A stretch of 64,000 bases of DNA from Nitriliruptorales bacterium (GCA_046263195.1 JBHELG010000040.1:1186-65185); one strand, 5' to 3'; positions 19,794-28,803 are shown, counted from the stretch's first letter. Notes: a model not told the origin generated them from the sequence alone. Numbers and translations are program-made.

Positions 19794-20483
19794 TTACGGA
19801 AGAGCCGGCTGCTCGGGCGAAGCCAGATCGAGGACGGTCAGGGCATCAGCGCTCGCTGCTGGCACGATTCGTGTGCGACGACCCTCGACCAGCACGCGGT
19901 CGTTGCAGAGCAACTTCACGACCGCGGGGAGCAGGACGTGCTCGACCTCTTTGATGCGCTCGTGCAGCGACGCCTCGTCGTCATCCCAAGCAACCTCGAC
20001 GGTGTGCTGAGCGATGATGGGCCCATGGTCGACCTGCTCGTCGACGAGGTGGGCCGTCGTGCCAGTGATCTTCACGCCGTACTCGAGTGCCTCACGCACG
20101 GCCCGCGGGCCGGGGAAGGCCGGCAGCAGCGAAGGATGGATGTTGACGACCCGGTCCGGCCAGCGCTCGAGGAAGCGGGGGGACAAGATGCGCATGAAGC
20201 CCGCGAGGACAACAAGGCCGGGCTCGTAGGCGGAGATCGCTTCGGTCAGACTGTCCTCCCAGCTGTAGCGGTCGTGGTGGTCAGCGAAGGCGATCGCGAG
20301 ACCAGGTATCCCTGCCGCCCGGGCACGCTCGAGTGCGGGACATCCAGCCTGATCACTTGCCACGACTGCTACCTCCCCCCCATACGTCGGATCCGCCGCG
20401 ATAGCGTCGAGCAACGCCTGCAGGTTCGTGCCTCTTCCGGAGACGAGCACGGCAATGCGCCGGGGGGGCGTGGCTTCGGGCAC
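19794..20483 (-). CDS. purN: phosphoribosylglycinamide formyltransferase
   Basis: Only the C-terminal ~230 aa of the 601-aa ORF are GART-like (RRIAVLVSGRGTNLQALLDA, NIHPSLLP, TGTTAHLVDEQVDHGPII). An in-frame GTG at 20483 is preceded by GGAG. Confidence 0.88.
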   Translation of the reverse strand: MPEATPPRRIAVLVSGRGTNLQALLDAIAADPTYGGEVAVVASDQAGCPALERARAAGIPGLAIAFADHHDRYSWEDSLTEAISAYEPGLVVLAGFMRILSPRFLERWPDRVVNIHPSLLPAFPGPRAVREALEYGVKITGTTAHLVDEQVDHGPIIAQHTVEVAWDDDEASLHERIKEVEHVLLPAVVKLLCNDRVLVEGRRTRIVPAASADALTVLDLASPEQPALP

Positions 20484-20600
20484 CTCGGCAGCTCCGGCGT
20501 GGGGGAGGGCGGTCTTGGCTTGCCCAAGACCGCCGGCGGGACAATGTAGGACGGGTCTCCCAATACAAAGCGCCAGTCCGCTGTGCGCTCGCTGGCCGCC
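20484..20600 (-). promoter_or_regulatory. purN-purH leader with 11-bp hairpin and partial ZTP(pfl)-riboswitch-like strings
   Basis: The minus-strand RNA contains GGACUGGCG (20571-20579) and CCCGCC..UGGGCA. Hairpin GGCGGUCUUGG/CCAAGACCGCC is at 20508-20534. See finding. Confidence 0.25.
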
Positions 20601-20724
20601 CGCCGAGCCTAGGTCGACGAGGCAGTGAAGAGGTAGAGCCCGACGCGGCCACTCAGCAGCAGCACGCGAGCACAAGCCGTCGCGACGTCTTCCCGGGTGC
20701 GGTGGGTTCCCCGCAAGTCCGGCG

Positions 20725-21291
20725 ATGTCAGCCCTAGTCTGTGGGGGCTGGTGGCGAGGAGGCGACGTGCGAAGCGACTTCGCACTGCAGCTGCGCATGA
20801 TGCTGCGGCCACGCGGCACGCTCGGCATCGCCGTCGTAATCGCCGGCCTCATCGGTGTCATCGCCGTGTATCTACCGTGGTACGAGTTGAACGCGAACGT
20901 GACGCTGCTCGGCCACACCCGCGGAGGATCGCTCGCAACCCTCGCGGGATGGCAGGCCCAGCCCTGGATATGGCTGGGTGCCGCCCTCTCAGCCATCGCC
21001 TCGGCGCTGGGGCTGGCAGTAGCCCTCGACCACCAGCCGCCCTCGACCCGGCGAAACCTCTTCGCTCTCGCCCTCTCCATAGCAGCCGTAGCCGGGATGA
21101 GTGCCCTACTCGACCCACCGCCCGCTCGCTTCCTCACCGAAACGCGCATACAACAGCTCGAAGCAGCCGCTGCACGCATGCCCGAGGACGTGACTCTTCG
21201 CCTGGCCGTGCGTCCGGGATTCGGATTGTGGGTGACGCTCATCGGAGCCGCGCTGCTCATCGCTGGGGCGTTCATGATTCGGGAGGCGTGA
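20725..21291 (+). CDS. small membrane protein, unknown function
   Basis: 188-aa ORF with 4 hydrophobic helices (GIAVVIAGLIGVIAVYL; WIWLGAALSAIASALGLAVAL; LFALALSIAAVAGMSALL; LWVTLIGAALLIAGAFMI). It ends 4 nt before hyuA. Start uncertain. Confidence 0.6.
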   Translation: MSALVCGGWWRGGDVRSDFALQLRMMLRPRGTLGIAVVIAGLIGVIAVYLPWYELNANVTLLGHTRGGSLATLAGWQAQPWIWLGAALSAIASALGLAVALDHQPPSTRRNLFALALSIAAVAGMSALLDPPPARFLTETRIQQLEAAAARMPEDVTLRLAVRPGFGLWVTLIGAALLIAGAFMIREA

Positions 21292-21294
21292 ACC

Positions 21295-23376
21295 ATGTCC
21301 GAGTCCGGAGCAGCACGCCAAGCCCACGACAAGGGCTCCGGCAAGTCGGGCGAGGGGTCTGCCCGCACGCGCCTGGGTGTAGACGTCGGTGGCACCTTCA
21401 CGGACCTCGTGTTCGACGACGGAGAACGTCTCCACTCGGCAAAGGTCCCCTCCACGAAGCAGGACCAGGCCGAGGGCGTGCTCAGTGGCGTCGAACGGCT
21501 GTCGCTGGACCCGGCCGTGGTGAGCCGCTTCGCCCACGGAACGACCGTGGCGACGAACACCGTGCTCGAGCGTGTCGGTGCCCGCACCGTGCTCGTCACG
21601 ACCGCCGGCTTCAGAGATGTCCTCGAGATCGGCCGGCAGAACCGGCCCAGCCTCTATGACCTCTTTGCTGATCGGCCGGATCCGCTCGTCACCCGCGAAC
21701 TTGTGGTCGAAGCCGACGAGCGCTTGGCCGCCGACGGAACCGTGTTGCGCCCACTGGCCGACGCGAGGGGGGTTGCGGCGGCGGTGCGCGAACGGGAACC
21801 CGGATCGGTGGCGATCTGCCTCCTGTTCTCCTTTCGAGACGACCGGCACGAGGCTTCGATCGCTGAGGCGATCGAAGCGCTCGATTTCCCGGGAGACCCA
21901 CCCACGGTCAGTCGTTCGAGCGACGTGCTGCCTGTCTTTCGCGAGTACGAACGCGCGAGCACCACAGTGCTCAACGCCTACGTCGCCCCGACCATGTCGC
22001 GCTACCTCGGCAGCCTGTCGACCCGGCTCCAAGGAGCGGGCCTGAACTGTGACATCGAGGTGATGCGCTCGAGCGGGGGCACCTTCGCGGCCGACCTCGC
22101 TGCCCGCTACCCGGTCCAAACCCTGCTCAGCGGACCAGCGGCCGGAGCTTGGGGCGCGGCTGCAGTCGCACGTGCGATTGACCAACTCGAGGTCATTGCT
22201 TTCGACATGGGCGGGACCTCCACCGATGTCACGCTCATCGATGGGGGACGCCCGGAGGTGACCGGGGAGGGTGCCATCGACGGGCTTCCGTTCGCAGTGC
22301 AGGCCACTGACGTGCACACGGTCGGCGCGGGTGGGGGCAGCATCGCTTGGCGCGACGCGGGAGGCTCGTTGCGGGTGGGCCCCTCTTCGGCGGGGGCCGA
22401 CCCGGGGCCAGCTGCTTACGGACGTGGTGGAACCAAACCGACCGTCACCGACGCTCACGTCGTGCTCGGACGCCTCGACCCGGAGGCGCAGCTTGGAGGC
22501 AGCCTCCGCCTCGACCCGGATGCCGCGCGTGAAGCGGTCGAGCGGCTGGCAAAGGAGGTCGGCTTGGAGGTCGAAGAGTGCGCGGAGGGAATCGTCCGCG
22601 TCGCCGAGGCGAACATCGCCCGGGCCCTGCGGGTCGTCTCCGTCGAGCGGGGTCGCGACCCCCGCGACTACGCGCTGCTCGCTTTCGGTGGGGCCGGCCC
22701 ATTGCATCAGGGGCCGCTTGCACGCGAGCTCGGTTGCCGACTCGTCATCGTCCCTCCCCATGCCGGTGTCCTGTCCGCCATCGGACTGCTGGCGGCACCG
22801 GTCACGGTCGACGCCGTGCGAACCCACCTCGCCAGCCTGACCGACCTCGACAGCAACACTCTCGCGGCCGCCTGGGACGAGCTCGAGGACGAGACGGACC
22901 GGCTCCTCGAGTCACAAGATGTTGCCGCCGCCTCCGCGCGACGCAGCGCCGACTGCCGTTATCACGGCCAGGCCTATGAGCTCGAAGTCGTGCACGGGTC
23001 AGACGACCCTGACCCCGAGCGGCTGGCCGAAGCCTTCCACTCGGCGCACGAGGAGCGTTACGGCTATGCACAGCCTGACGAGCCGGTCGAGGTCGTCAAC
23101 CTCCGGGTCCGCGCGGAGGGACCGGTGCCGCCTGTGCCTCTCCCGGAGATCCCCGAGGGCGACGGCGCAGAGCGCGCGGAGACAGGGGCGCGACAAGTGA
23201 TCCTGTCGGGAGAGACCCGGGAATGCTCGATCTACAGGCGCGACCGCCTCGGGGCTGGCGACCACGTGAAGGGCCCCGCCGTGGTAGCCGGAGACGACAC
23301 CACCTGCTTCCTCCTGCCGGACCAGGTCGCCGAAGTTGACCGTCTCGGCTGTCTCATCATTCAGGACGAGGCATGA
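21295..23376 (+). CDS. hyuA: hydantoinase A / oxoprolinase-family ATPase subunit
   Basis: 693 aa: LGVDVGGTFTDLV, FDMGGTSTDV, GAGGGSIAW. Confidence 0.88.
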   Translation: MSESGAARQAHDKGSGKSGEGSARTRLGVDVGGTFTDLVFDDGERLHSAKVPSTKQDQAEGVLSGVERLSLDPAVVSRFAHGTTVATNTVLERVGARTVLVTTAGFRDVLEIGRQNRPSLYDLFADRPDPLVTRELVVEADERLAADGTVLRPLADARGVAAAVREREPGSVAICLLFSFRDDRHEASIAEAIEALDFPGDPPTVSRSSDVLPVFREYERASTTVLNAYVAPTMSRYLGSLSTRLQGAGLNCDIEVMRSSGGTFAADLAARYPVQTLLSGPAAGAWGAAAVARAIDQLEVIAFDMGGTSTDVTLIDGGRPEVTGEGAIDGLPFAVQATDVHTVGAGGGSIAWRDAGGSLRVGPSSAGADPGPAAYGRGGTKPTVTDAHVVLGRLDPEAQLGGSLRLDPDAAREAVERLAKEVGLEVEECAEGIVRVAEANIARALRVVSVERGRDPRDYALLAFGGAGPLHQGPLARELGCRLVIVPPHAGVLSAIGLLAAPVTVDAVRTHLASLTDLDSNTLAAAWDELEDETDRLLESQDVAAASARRSADCRYHGQAYELEVVHGSDDPDPERLAEAFHSAHEERYGYAQPDEPVEVVNLRVRAEGPVPPVPLPEIPEGDGAERAETGARQVILSGETRECSIYRRDRLGAGDHVKGPAVVAGDDTTCFLLPDQVAEVDRLGCLIIQDEA

Positions 23377-24047
23377 CCAACGAGACGAACTCAATCTCGT
23401 TGTACTGTCCTGTGAGGGTCATTATTCGAGTTGCTGTCGACAGCGCTTCCCTCTGCGCGATTGCGCTTTCCAACTTAGGCTCAGCCTACCTTACCTAGCG
23501 GCACTTCTGCCTAATTTATCCTGCTAAGCGTGCGATGATGGCACTCAACCCGCTCCAAATCACGAGTCAGCTTCTCCGGTTCCGCGGCGCGGTAGGGGAT
23601 ATGGGCCAAGAATGCTGTTGAATACCACGACAGTGGACTGGGGGAACCGCTGCTGTCTGAAACGCGACCCTCCCATCGCATTACATGCAAAACGACAAAA
23701 AGCGCCCCCCCGGAAATAACTGAACCTATGCCCCATATATTTCGGCAATTCCGATGACTAACCGACTTTACTTCCATTGTCGCTTGCGTCAGCCGCGCCC
23801 GCTTTCGCGGCGCCCCCCGGCCCGGGCTCGAAGATGTGCACCCCGGGACAAAACAACATTGGCGGAGGTCCGGGGAACTCCGGGACCGGAGACAAGCATG
23901 GGGCTCCCCTCAAGGTGAAGCGCTGTCCGGGCACGTAGCTTCCTACCTTACCCTCCAAGCGAAGAGCGGCCCCTGGGGGGCCGCTCTTCGCTTCGTTGCC
24001 ACCGCACCAGCTAGCGTCGTCGTTCGGGTAGTGAGGACAGGAGTAGC
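23377..24047. other. AT-enriched non-coding insert between hyuA and hyuB (possible ncRNA or decayed miniature mobile element)
   Basis: No credible ORF. GC by hand count is 193/360 (54%) over 23401-23760, against 65% and 75% in the flanking 60-nt coding blocks. An 11-nt direct repeat CCTACCTTACC occurs at 23485-23495 and 23942-23952. Confidence 0.6.
23959..23991 (+). terminator. perfect 15-bp GC-rich hairpin (terminator-like) just upstream of hyuB
   Basis: GCGAAGAGCGGCCCC-tgg-GGGGCCGCTCTTCGC followed by TTCGTT (weak U-tract). Confidence 0.4.
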
Positions 24048-25772
24048 GTGGACCCGGTCACGCTCGAGGTCACCCGCAATGCGCTCGTTGGAGTCGCCGA
24101 GGAGGCGGGGGCCGCGCTGCGACGTACCGCCTATTCGCCGAACATAAAGGAGCGGGTCGACTGCTCGACGGCTGTTTTCGACCCGAACGGCGACATGGTC
24201 GCGCAGGCCGAGCACATTCCCGTGCATCTCGGCTCGATGCCGGCATCGGTCGCGGCCGCCCTCGACGCTTTCGGTGAGCTGGCTCCTGGCGATCAGGTCC
24301 TCGTCTCTGATCCCTATGCCGGCGGGACCCACCTGCCAGACTGGACGATGGTCGCCCCGGTTTGGCACGAGAGCCGCTTACTCGCTTTCGTAGCGACGCG
24401 CGCTCACCACGCCGACGTCGGCGGTTCCGCGCCGGGGAGCATGCCGGCCGGAGCGACGGAGATCTTCGCCGAGGGGTTGCGCATACCACCCATCCGGCTG
24501 TTCCGAGATGGCAGCGAGGACCGTGACCTCGTCGCTCTGCTCACCACCAACACACGCACCCCGCGCGAGCGGACTGGCGACCTACGCGCCCAGGCAGGGG
24601 CCAACAGTCTCGCCACCCGCCGGGTCGTCGAGCTGGCCGGGCGACTCGGTCCCGAACTCCTGCTGCAGGCCATGGCCGCGACCCAGGACCACGCCGAGAA
24701 GGCGGTGCGGGCGGCCATGGGCGAGGTTTCCGACGGGACGTACCGCTTCACGGACGTGCTGGACGACGACGGCGTCTCCGTTGACGCAATCGAGATACGG
24801 GCGACTGTGGAGATCCGGGGCGATCGCATGGTCATCGACTTCGACGGCAGTGCGCCTCAGTGCGAGGGGAGTGTGAACGCCCCCTTCGCGGTGACACTCT
24901 CCTGTTGCTACTTCGCGTTGCGGGCAGTGGTTGCGCCGGATGTGCCGGCCAACGCGGGCACGTACCGACCTCTCGCGGTCCATGCACCGCAGGGCAGCGT
25001 CGTCAACCCCCTCCCACCCGCGGCGGTGTCGGCCGGCAACGTCGAGACCGCGCAGCGCATCGTTGACGTGCTGCTCGGTGCGCTCGCCCAGGCAGCGCCG
25101 GGGCGGGTCCCGGCAGCCTCCCAGGGAACGATGAACAACACCTTGCTCGGAGGCCCAAATCCGAGCACCGGGGAGGGTTTCGCCTACTACGAAACGGTCG
25201 CCGGCGGACAGGGCGCGCGACCCGACCGCGACGGCATGAGCGGTGTCCACACGCATATGACCAACACGCAGAACACCCCCGTCGAGGCGTTCGAGAGCTC
25301 CTATCCCCTGCGGGTCGTCGAGTATCGACTACGCGACGGGTCGGGTGGTGAAGGTCGCTACAGGGGTGGGGATGGCATCCGCCGTAGCCTCGAGGTCCTC
25401 GGGGAGCGGGCCACCCTCTCGCTGCTCACAGAGAGGCGACGCCACAGCCCCTGGGGGTTGGAAGGCGGCAAGGACGGCGCCCGCGGGCATAACTTCCTGC
25501 TGCGGGACGGCGAGGAACGAGAGCTGCCTTCGAAGGCGACCCTCACGCTGCGACGCGGAGATGTGGTGGTGGTCGAGACGCCAGGGGGCGGCGGATATGG
25601 TCACGCACGGGAGCCCGGAAGAGGGGTATCGGCCTCGCCACACCACGAACGAGGCGCGTTGGATCCCATCGGCGCTAGAAGCCCCCGCCCGCCGGGGCGG
25701 GCGGTTACCTGCCTGAGAGGAGCACATGTCGGACGAGCCGCTGGTCGCCGGCCTGGATGTGGGGACGGGTAG
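24048..25772 (+). CDS. hyuB: hydantoinase B / oxoprolinase-family subunit
   Basis: 574 aa. GTG start with AGGACAGGAG SD: MDPVTLEVTRNAL, DPYAGGTHLPDWT, ETPGGGGYG. The Arg/Gly-rich C-terminal tail overlaps the next gene by 47 nt. Confidence 0.88.
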   Translation: MDPVTLEVTRNALVGVAEEAGAALRRTAYSPNIKERVDCSTAVFDPNGDMVAQAEHIPVHLGSMPASVAAALDAFGELAPGDQVLVSDPYAGGTHLPDWTMVAPVWHESRLLAFVATRAHHADVGGSAPGSMPAGATEIFAEGLRIPPIRLFRDGSEDRDLVALLTTNTRTPRERTGDLRAQAGANSLATRRVVELAGRLGPELLLQAMAATQDHAEKAVRAAMGEVSDGTYRFTDVLDDDGVSVDAIEIRATVEIRGDRMVIDFDGSAPQCEGSVNAPFAVTLSCCYFALRAVVAPDVPANAGTYRPLAVHAPQGSVVNPLPPAAVSAGNVETAQRIVDVLLGALAQAAPGRVPAASQGTMNNTLLGGPNPSTGEGFAYYETVAGGQGARPDRDGMSGVHTHMTNTQNTPVEAFESSYPLRVVEYRLRDGSGGEGRYRGGDGIRRSLEVLGERATLSLLTERRRHSPWGLEGGKDGARGHNFLLRDGEERELPSKATLTLRRGDVVVVETPGGGGYGHAREPGRGVSASPHHERGALDPIGARSPRPPGRAVTCLRGAHVGRAAGRRPGCGDG

Positions 25773-27237
25773 CGTCAAGGCGCTGGTCTTCGACCTGCGG
25801 GGCGCGGTCGTGTCTTCGTCGGCCGTGCCCACTCCCATCCGCCGGCCTCGGCCCGGGTGGGCCGAGCACGACCCGAGGGAGTTGTGGGCCGCCGTCGCGG
25901 GGGCGCTTCGTGAAGCGGTCGGGGAACTCGAAGACCCGCGCCGTGTGAGGAGCGTCGCCGTGGCGAGCATGGCAGAGGCGGGCGTGCCCGTGGATGGGGA
26001 CGGGGAGCCTGTTCACGACATCATCGCTTGGTTCGATCGGCGCAGCGTGGAGCAGGGCCGCCAGCTGGAGGAGGCGGTGGGTGCCGACCTGCTCGCGGAG
26101 GTGGCAGGGCTGCGACCCCAGCCGATCTACGGGCTGTGCAAGCTCATGTGGCTCGAACAGAACGAGCCCGAGGCGTACTCACGCATGCGATCCTGGCTCA
26201 ACGTGGCAGATTTCATCGCCTATCGGATGTGCGGTGAGCAGGCCACCGACTATTCGCTGGCGACCAGGACCGCAGCACTCGACCTGGGTGCCCTGTACTG
26301 GTCCGAAGCGCTGCTGGCAGCCGGTAGGATCTCGGAGGAGCTCCTGCCCCCACTCACGTGGGGCGGTACGCGGCTGGGTACGGTGACATCGGAGGCCGCG
26401 GATGAGACGGGCCTGCACACCGACGTCGTCGTTGCCACAGGAGGACACGACCACGTCTGCGGGGCGCTGGCAGCCGGCGTGCTCGATCCGGGCCGGGCGC
26501 TGGACTCGATGGGAACGGCCGAATCCATACTCATACCGGTGGCCGAGCTCGATCCCGCTGAACCAGCCGGGCAGGGACACAGTTGCGGGGTGCACGTCGC
26601 TCGCGACCGCTACTACATCTCCGGCGGGGTGCATGCGGCAGGGGCAAGTGTCGATTGGGTGCTCGAGTTGGCGGGGGGTGAGCGCGACGAGCGGCTAGCT
26701 GAGGCGGCAGAGGTTCCACCTGGAGCGCTCGGAGCGTCCTTCATACCGCGCCTGCGCTCCCAGGACGGCGAGGTGGTCGAGCGGGGTGTCCTGTTCGGCC
26801 TGACGCCGGAGCTGGGAGGCCCGGAGCTCATCAGGGCCGTCCTCGAGGGGCTGGCTTTCGCTTTTCGCGACGCGTTGGACGCCGTTGCCAGCTACGCCGG
26901 GACGGACGAGGCACCGGAGGTGCGTGCCATCGGCGGTGGGGCACGCAACACGCTCCTACTCGAGTTGAAGGCCACCGTGCTGGGTCGCGCCCTGCATCGT
27001 CTGGAGGTCGAAGAGGCCACGGCTCTGGGTGCGGCCCTGCTCGGGGCGGTTGGTGCCGGTCTCCATGCCGATGCTGCCGAGGCCGCAGCCGCACTCGAGT
27101 TGGAGGTGGAGGAGTTCCATCCTCTCTCCGACCAGGTGGCCGGTTACCAGGCCCGCTTCGAGGAGGTGTGTGGGCGGGGCTATCCCGACCTGCGAGCGGT
27201 CAGTCAGGCGCTGGAGGAGCTGGCGGAGGAGGTCTGA
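25726..27237 (+). CDS. FGGY-family carbohydrate kinase (xylulokinase-like)
   Basis: 503 aa: LVAGLDVGTGSVKALVFD N-terminus, HDHVCGALAAG, RAIGGGARNTLLLELKATVLG. Confidence 0.85.
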   Translation: MSDEPLVAGLDVGTGSVKALVFDLRGAVVSSSAVPTPIRRPRPGWAEHDPRELWAAVAGALREAVGELEDPRRVRSVAVASMAEAGVPVDGDGEPVHDIIAWFDRRSVEQGRQLEEAVGADLLAEVAGLRPQPIYGLCKLMWLEQNEPEAYSRMRSWLNVADFIAYRMCGEQATDYSLATRTAALDLGALYWSEALLAAGRISEELLPPLTWGGTRLGTVTSEAADETGLHTDVVVATGGHDHVCGALAAGVLDPGRALDSMGTAESILIPVAELDPAEPAGQGHSCGVHVARDRYYISGGVHAAGASVDWVLELAGGERDERLAEAAEVPPGALGASFIPRLRSQDGEVVERGVLFGLTPELGGPELIRAVLEGLAFAFRDALDAVASYAGTDEAPEVRAIGGGARNTLLLELKATVLGRALHRLEVEEATALGAALLGAVGAGLHADAAEAAAALELEVEEFHPLSDQVAGYQARFEEVCGRGYPDLRAVSQALEELAEEV

Positions 27238-27372
27238 CTCCGGTCGTACCGCGGACGAGCGGTAGGAAGCCAAGGTCGACGCCTCGTGCCGCGCGCAGGC
27301 CCCACGAGTACGCGGAAGGACCCAAGCCGTCGCCTGATCGGCCAACTTCGAGCATGCGCACCGTCCCCGTAA

Positions 27373-27642
27373 GCGGCGAACGGAAGCTCCTCACGGCCCC
27401 TGTTCGCCGACGTCGTCGGATCCACTTCGCTCGTCGAGGTGCTTGACCCTGAGGATTGGGCGAGTGTCATCAACGGCGCCTTCGAGGTGATGTCGCAGGC
27501 GGTGCAGCGCTACGAGGGCACGGGCACGCAGTTCAGCGGGGACGCGCTCGTCGCGCTCTTCGGCGCCCATGTCACCCACGAGGATGACCCCGAGCGCGGT
27601 GCGGTCCCGGGCTCGACATGCTCCAAGCGGTCGAGGTTTTAG
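27373..27642 (+). pseudogene. N-terminal fragment of a class III adenylate/guanylate cyclase domain gene
   Basis: In-frame translation gives ...RPLFADVVGSTSLVEVLDPEDWASVINGAFEVMSQAVQRYEGTGTQFSGDALVALFGAHVTHEDDPERGAV, then stops. There is no plausible start context, and the rest of the cyclase fold and any downstream domains are absent. Confidence 0.65.
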
Positions 27643-27685
27643 GCATTCCCCAGATTCACAGGAGCTCGGCCAAGAGCCTGAAGAG

Positions 27686-27772
27686 TGCGGGCGACAGGAT
27701 TCGAACCTGCACCGGGTCGGAACCCGAGGAGGGTTTAAGCCTCCCGCCGATGCCTGATTTGGCTACGCCCGC
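27686..27772 (-). tRNA. tRNA-Leu (anticodon UAA), type II with long variable arm
   Basis: The reverse complement is GCGGGCGTAGCCAAATCAGGCATCGGCGGGAGGCTTAAACCCTCCTCGGGTTCCGACCCGGTGCAGGTTCGAATCCTGTCGCCCGCA. Acceptor GCGGGCG/CGCCCGC, D-stem GCC/GGC, anticodon stem GGAGG/CCTCC with loop CTTAAAC, variable stem CGGGT/ACCCG, T-loop TTCGAAT. CCA is not encoded. Confidence 0.92.
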
Positions 27773-27876
27773 GTTCGTGCAGATGGTACGCAGCACGAGC
27801 TTCTGAGGCGCAAGGACCGCTGTTTCGGCCCGGACGAAGCTGCTGCCCGAACCCCTACGCCAAGCCCTGACACCGT

Positions 27877-28803
27877 TCACTCTCGCGAGAGCACGAGCCC
27901 GTCAAGGCTGTCGGCTTCGCTGACGACGAGCTCGGAGAAACCGAAGTGGTCCAGCACGCCGGCCACGATGAGGGCGCCAGCGACTATGACGTCCTCGCGT
28001 CCCGCCTCTAGCGGCCCGAGTCGCTTCCGCTCGGATGCCGGCATGGAGCCGAGCTGTCCCCCAAGCCGTCGCACGATCATGCTCGACAGTCGGGCCCCAT
28101 GAATCCGCCCGTCGTCATACCGCTCGAGATCGAGGTGCAACGCCGCCAGCGTCGTGACCGTCCCCGCCACCCCGACGAGCACCTTGCAGCCGGACGGATG
28201 GGCCCCCTGTTCGGCGAGATTGGCTGCGCCCCGATGAAGCTGGGCAGCTATCTCCACGCGGGCGTCAGCGAGCTCGCTTATCGTCGGTGGGTCCGAGGGC
28301 AGACGCCGCTCGGTGAGGCGCACGCAGCCGAGTTGAAGCGACACGGAGGCGACGTAGTCGCCGTCGGAACCGCCGACGATGATCTCCGTCGAGCCGCCGC
28401 CCACGTCGAGGACAGCGGTAGGACGTGGGACGTCGAGGGCGGTCGTGGCACCCCGAAAAGTGGTTCGGGCTTCCTCCTCACCCGACAAGATCTCCGGCTC
28501 GAAGCCGGCGACCTCGCGTACGCCTGCTACGAAGCGATCCCTGTCCGCTGCGTCCCTCGCCGCTGACGTGGCCGCGATGCGGACGTCTGAGGCGCCGAGT
28601 TGCTCCCACTGCCTGCGATAGCGGGCGATCGTTTCCAGGGTGCGTTCCAGGGCTTCGTCGTCGAGGTGGCCGGTCTCGTCCACGCCGCGTCCGAGTCGGG
28701 TGATCGTGAGCTCCCGCGCGAGGCGAGTGCCGTCACCCTCCACGACGAGGAGCCGCACGGAGTTCGTGCCCACGTCGACGGCCGCCTGCCGGCCCTTTCC
28801 CAT
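27877..28803 (-). CDS. ppx: Ppx/GppA-family phosphatase (exopolyphosphatase)
   Basis: 308 aa: AAVDVGTNSVRLLV, LDVGGGSTE. Confidence 0.85.
   Translation of the reverse strand: MGKGRQAAVDVGTNSVRLLVVEGDGTRLARELTITRLGRGVDETGHLDDEALERTLETIARYRRQWEQLGASDVRIAATSAARDAADRDRFVAGVREVAGFEPEILSGEEEARTTFRGATTALDVPRPTAVLDVGGGSTEIIVGGSDGDYVASVSLQLGCVRLTERRLPSDPPTISELADARVEIAAQLHRGAANLAEQGAHPSGCKVLVGVAGTVTTLAALHLDLERYDDGRIHGARLSSMIVRRLGGQLGSMPASERKRLGPLEAGREDVIVAGALIVAGVLDHFGFSELVVSEADSLDGLVLSRE

Noticed and set aside
20484-21599. N-terminal ~370 aa of the 601-aa ORF containing purN
   Set aside because: Only the last ~230 aa are GART-like. The upstream part is Arg/Ser/Pro-rich, overlaps the plus-strand membrane-protein ORF and hyuA, and is best explained as an open frame without stops. 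An in-frame GTG with an SD sits at 20483.
23377-24047. Identity of the hyuA/hyuB insert as a known RNA (RNase P, tmRNA, SRP/4.5S, 6C, group II intron domain V)
   Set aside because: The diagnostic strings are absent on either strand: GAGGAAAGUCCGG for RNase P, GGGGCUGA...UCCACCA for tmRNA, and GGUCCGGAAGGAAGCAGC for SRP. The 15-bp hairpin lacks the bulge and GNRA loop of group II domain V, and the segment is too short for an intron.
25726-25772. 47-nt overlap of hyuB and the FGGY kinase as a possible fusion or frameshift
   Set aside because: The hyuB family signature ends at ...ETPGGGGYG, and the remaining Arg/Gly-rich tail is probably unconserved. The kinase has a canonical N-terminal motif directly after its own ATG. 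An ordinary overlap or slightly misplaced stop is the simpler explanation.
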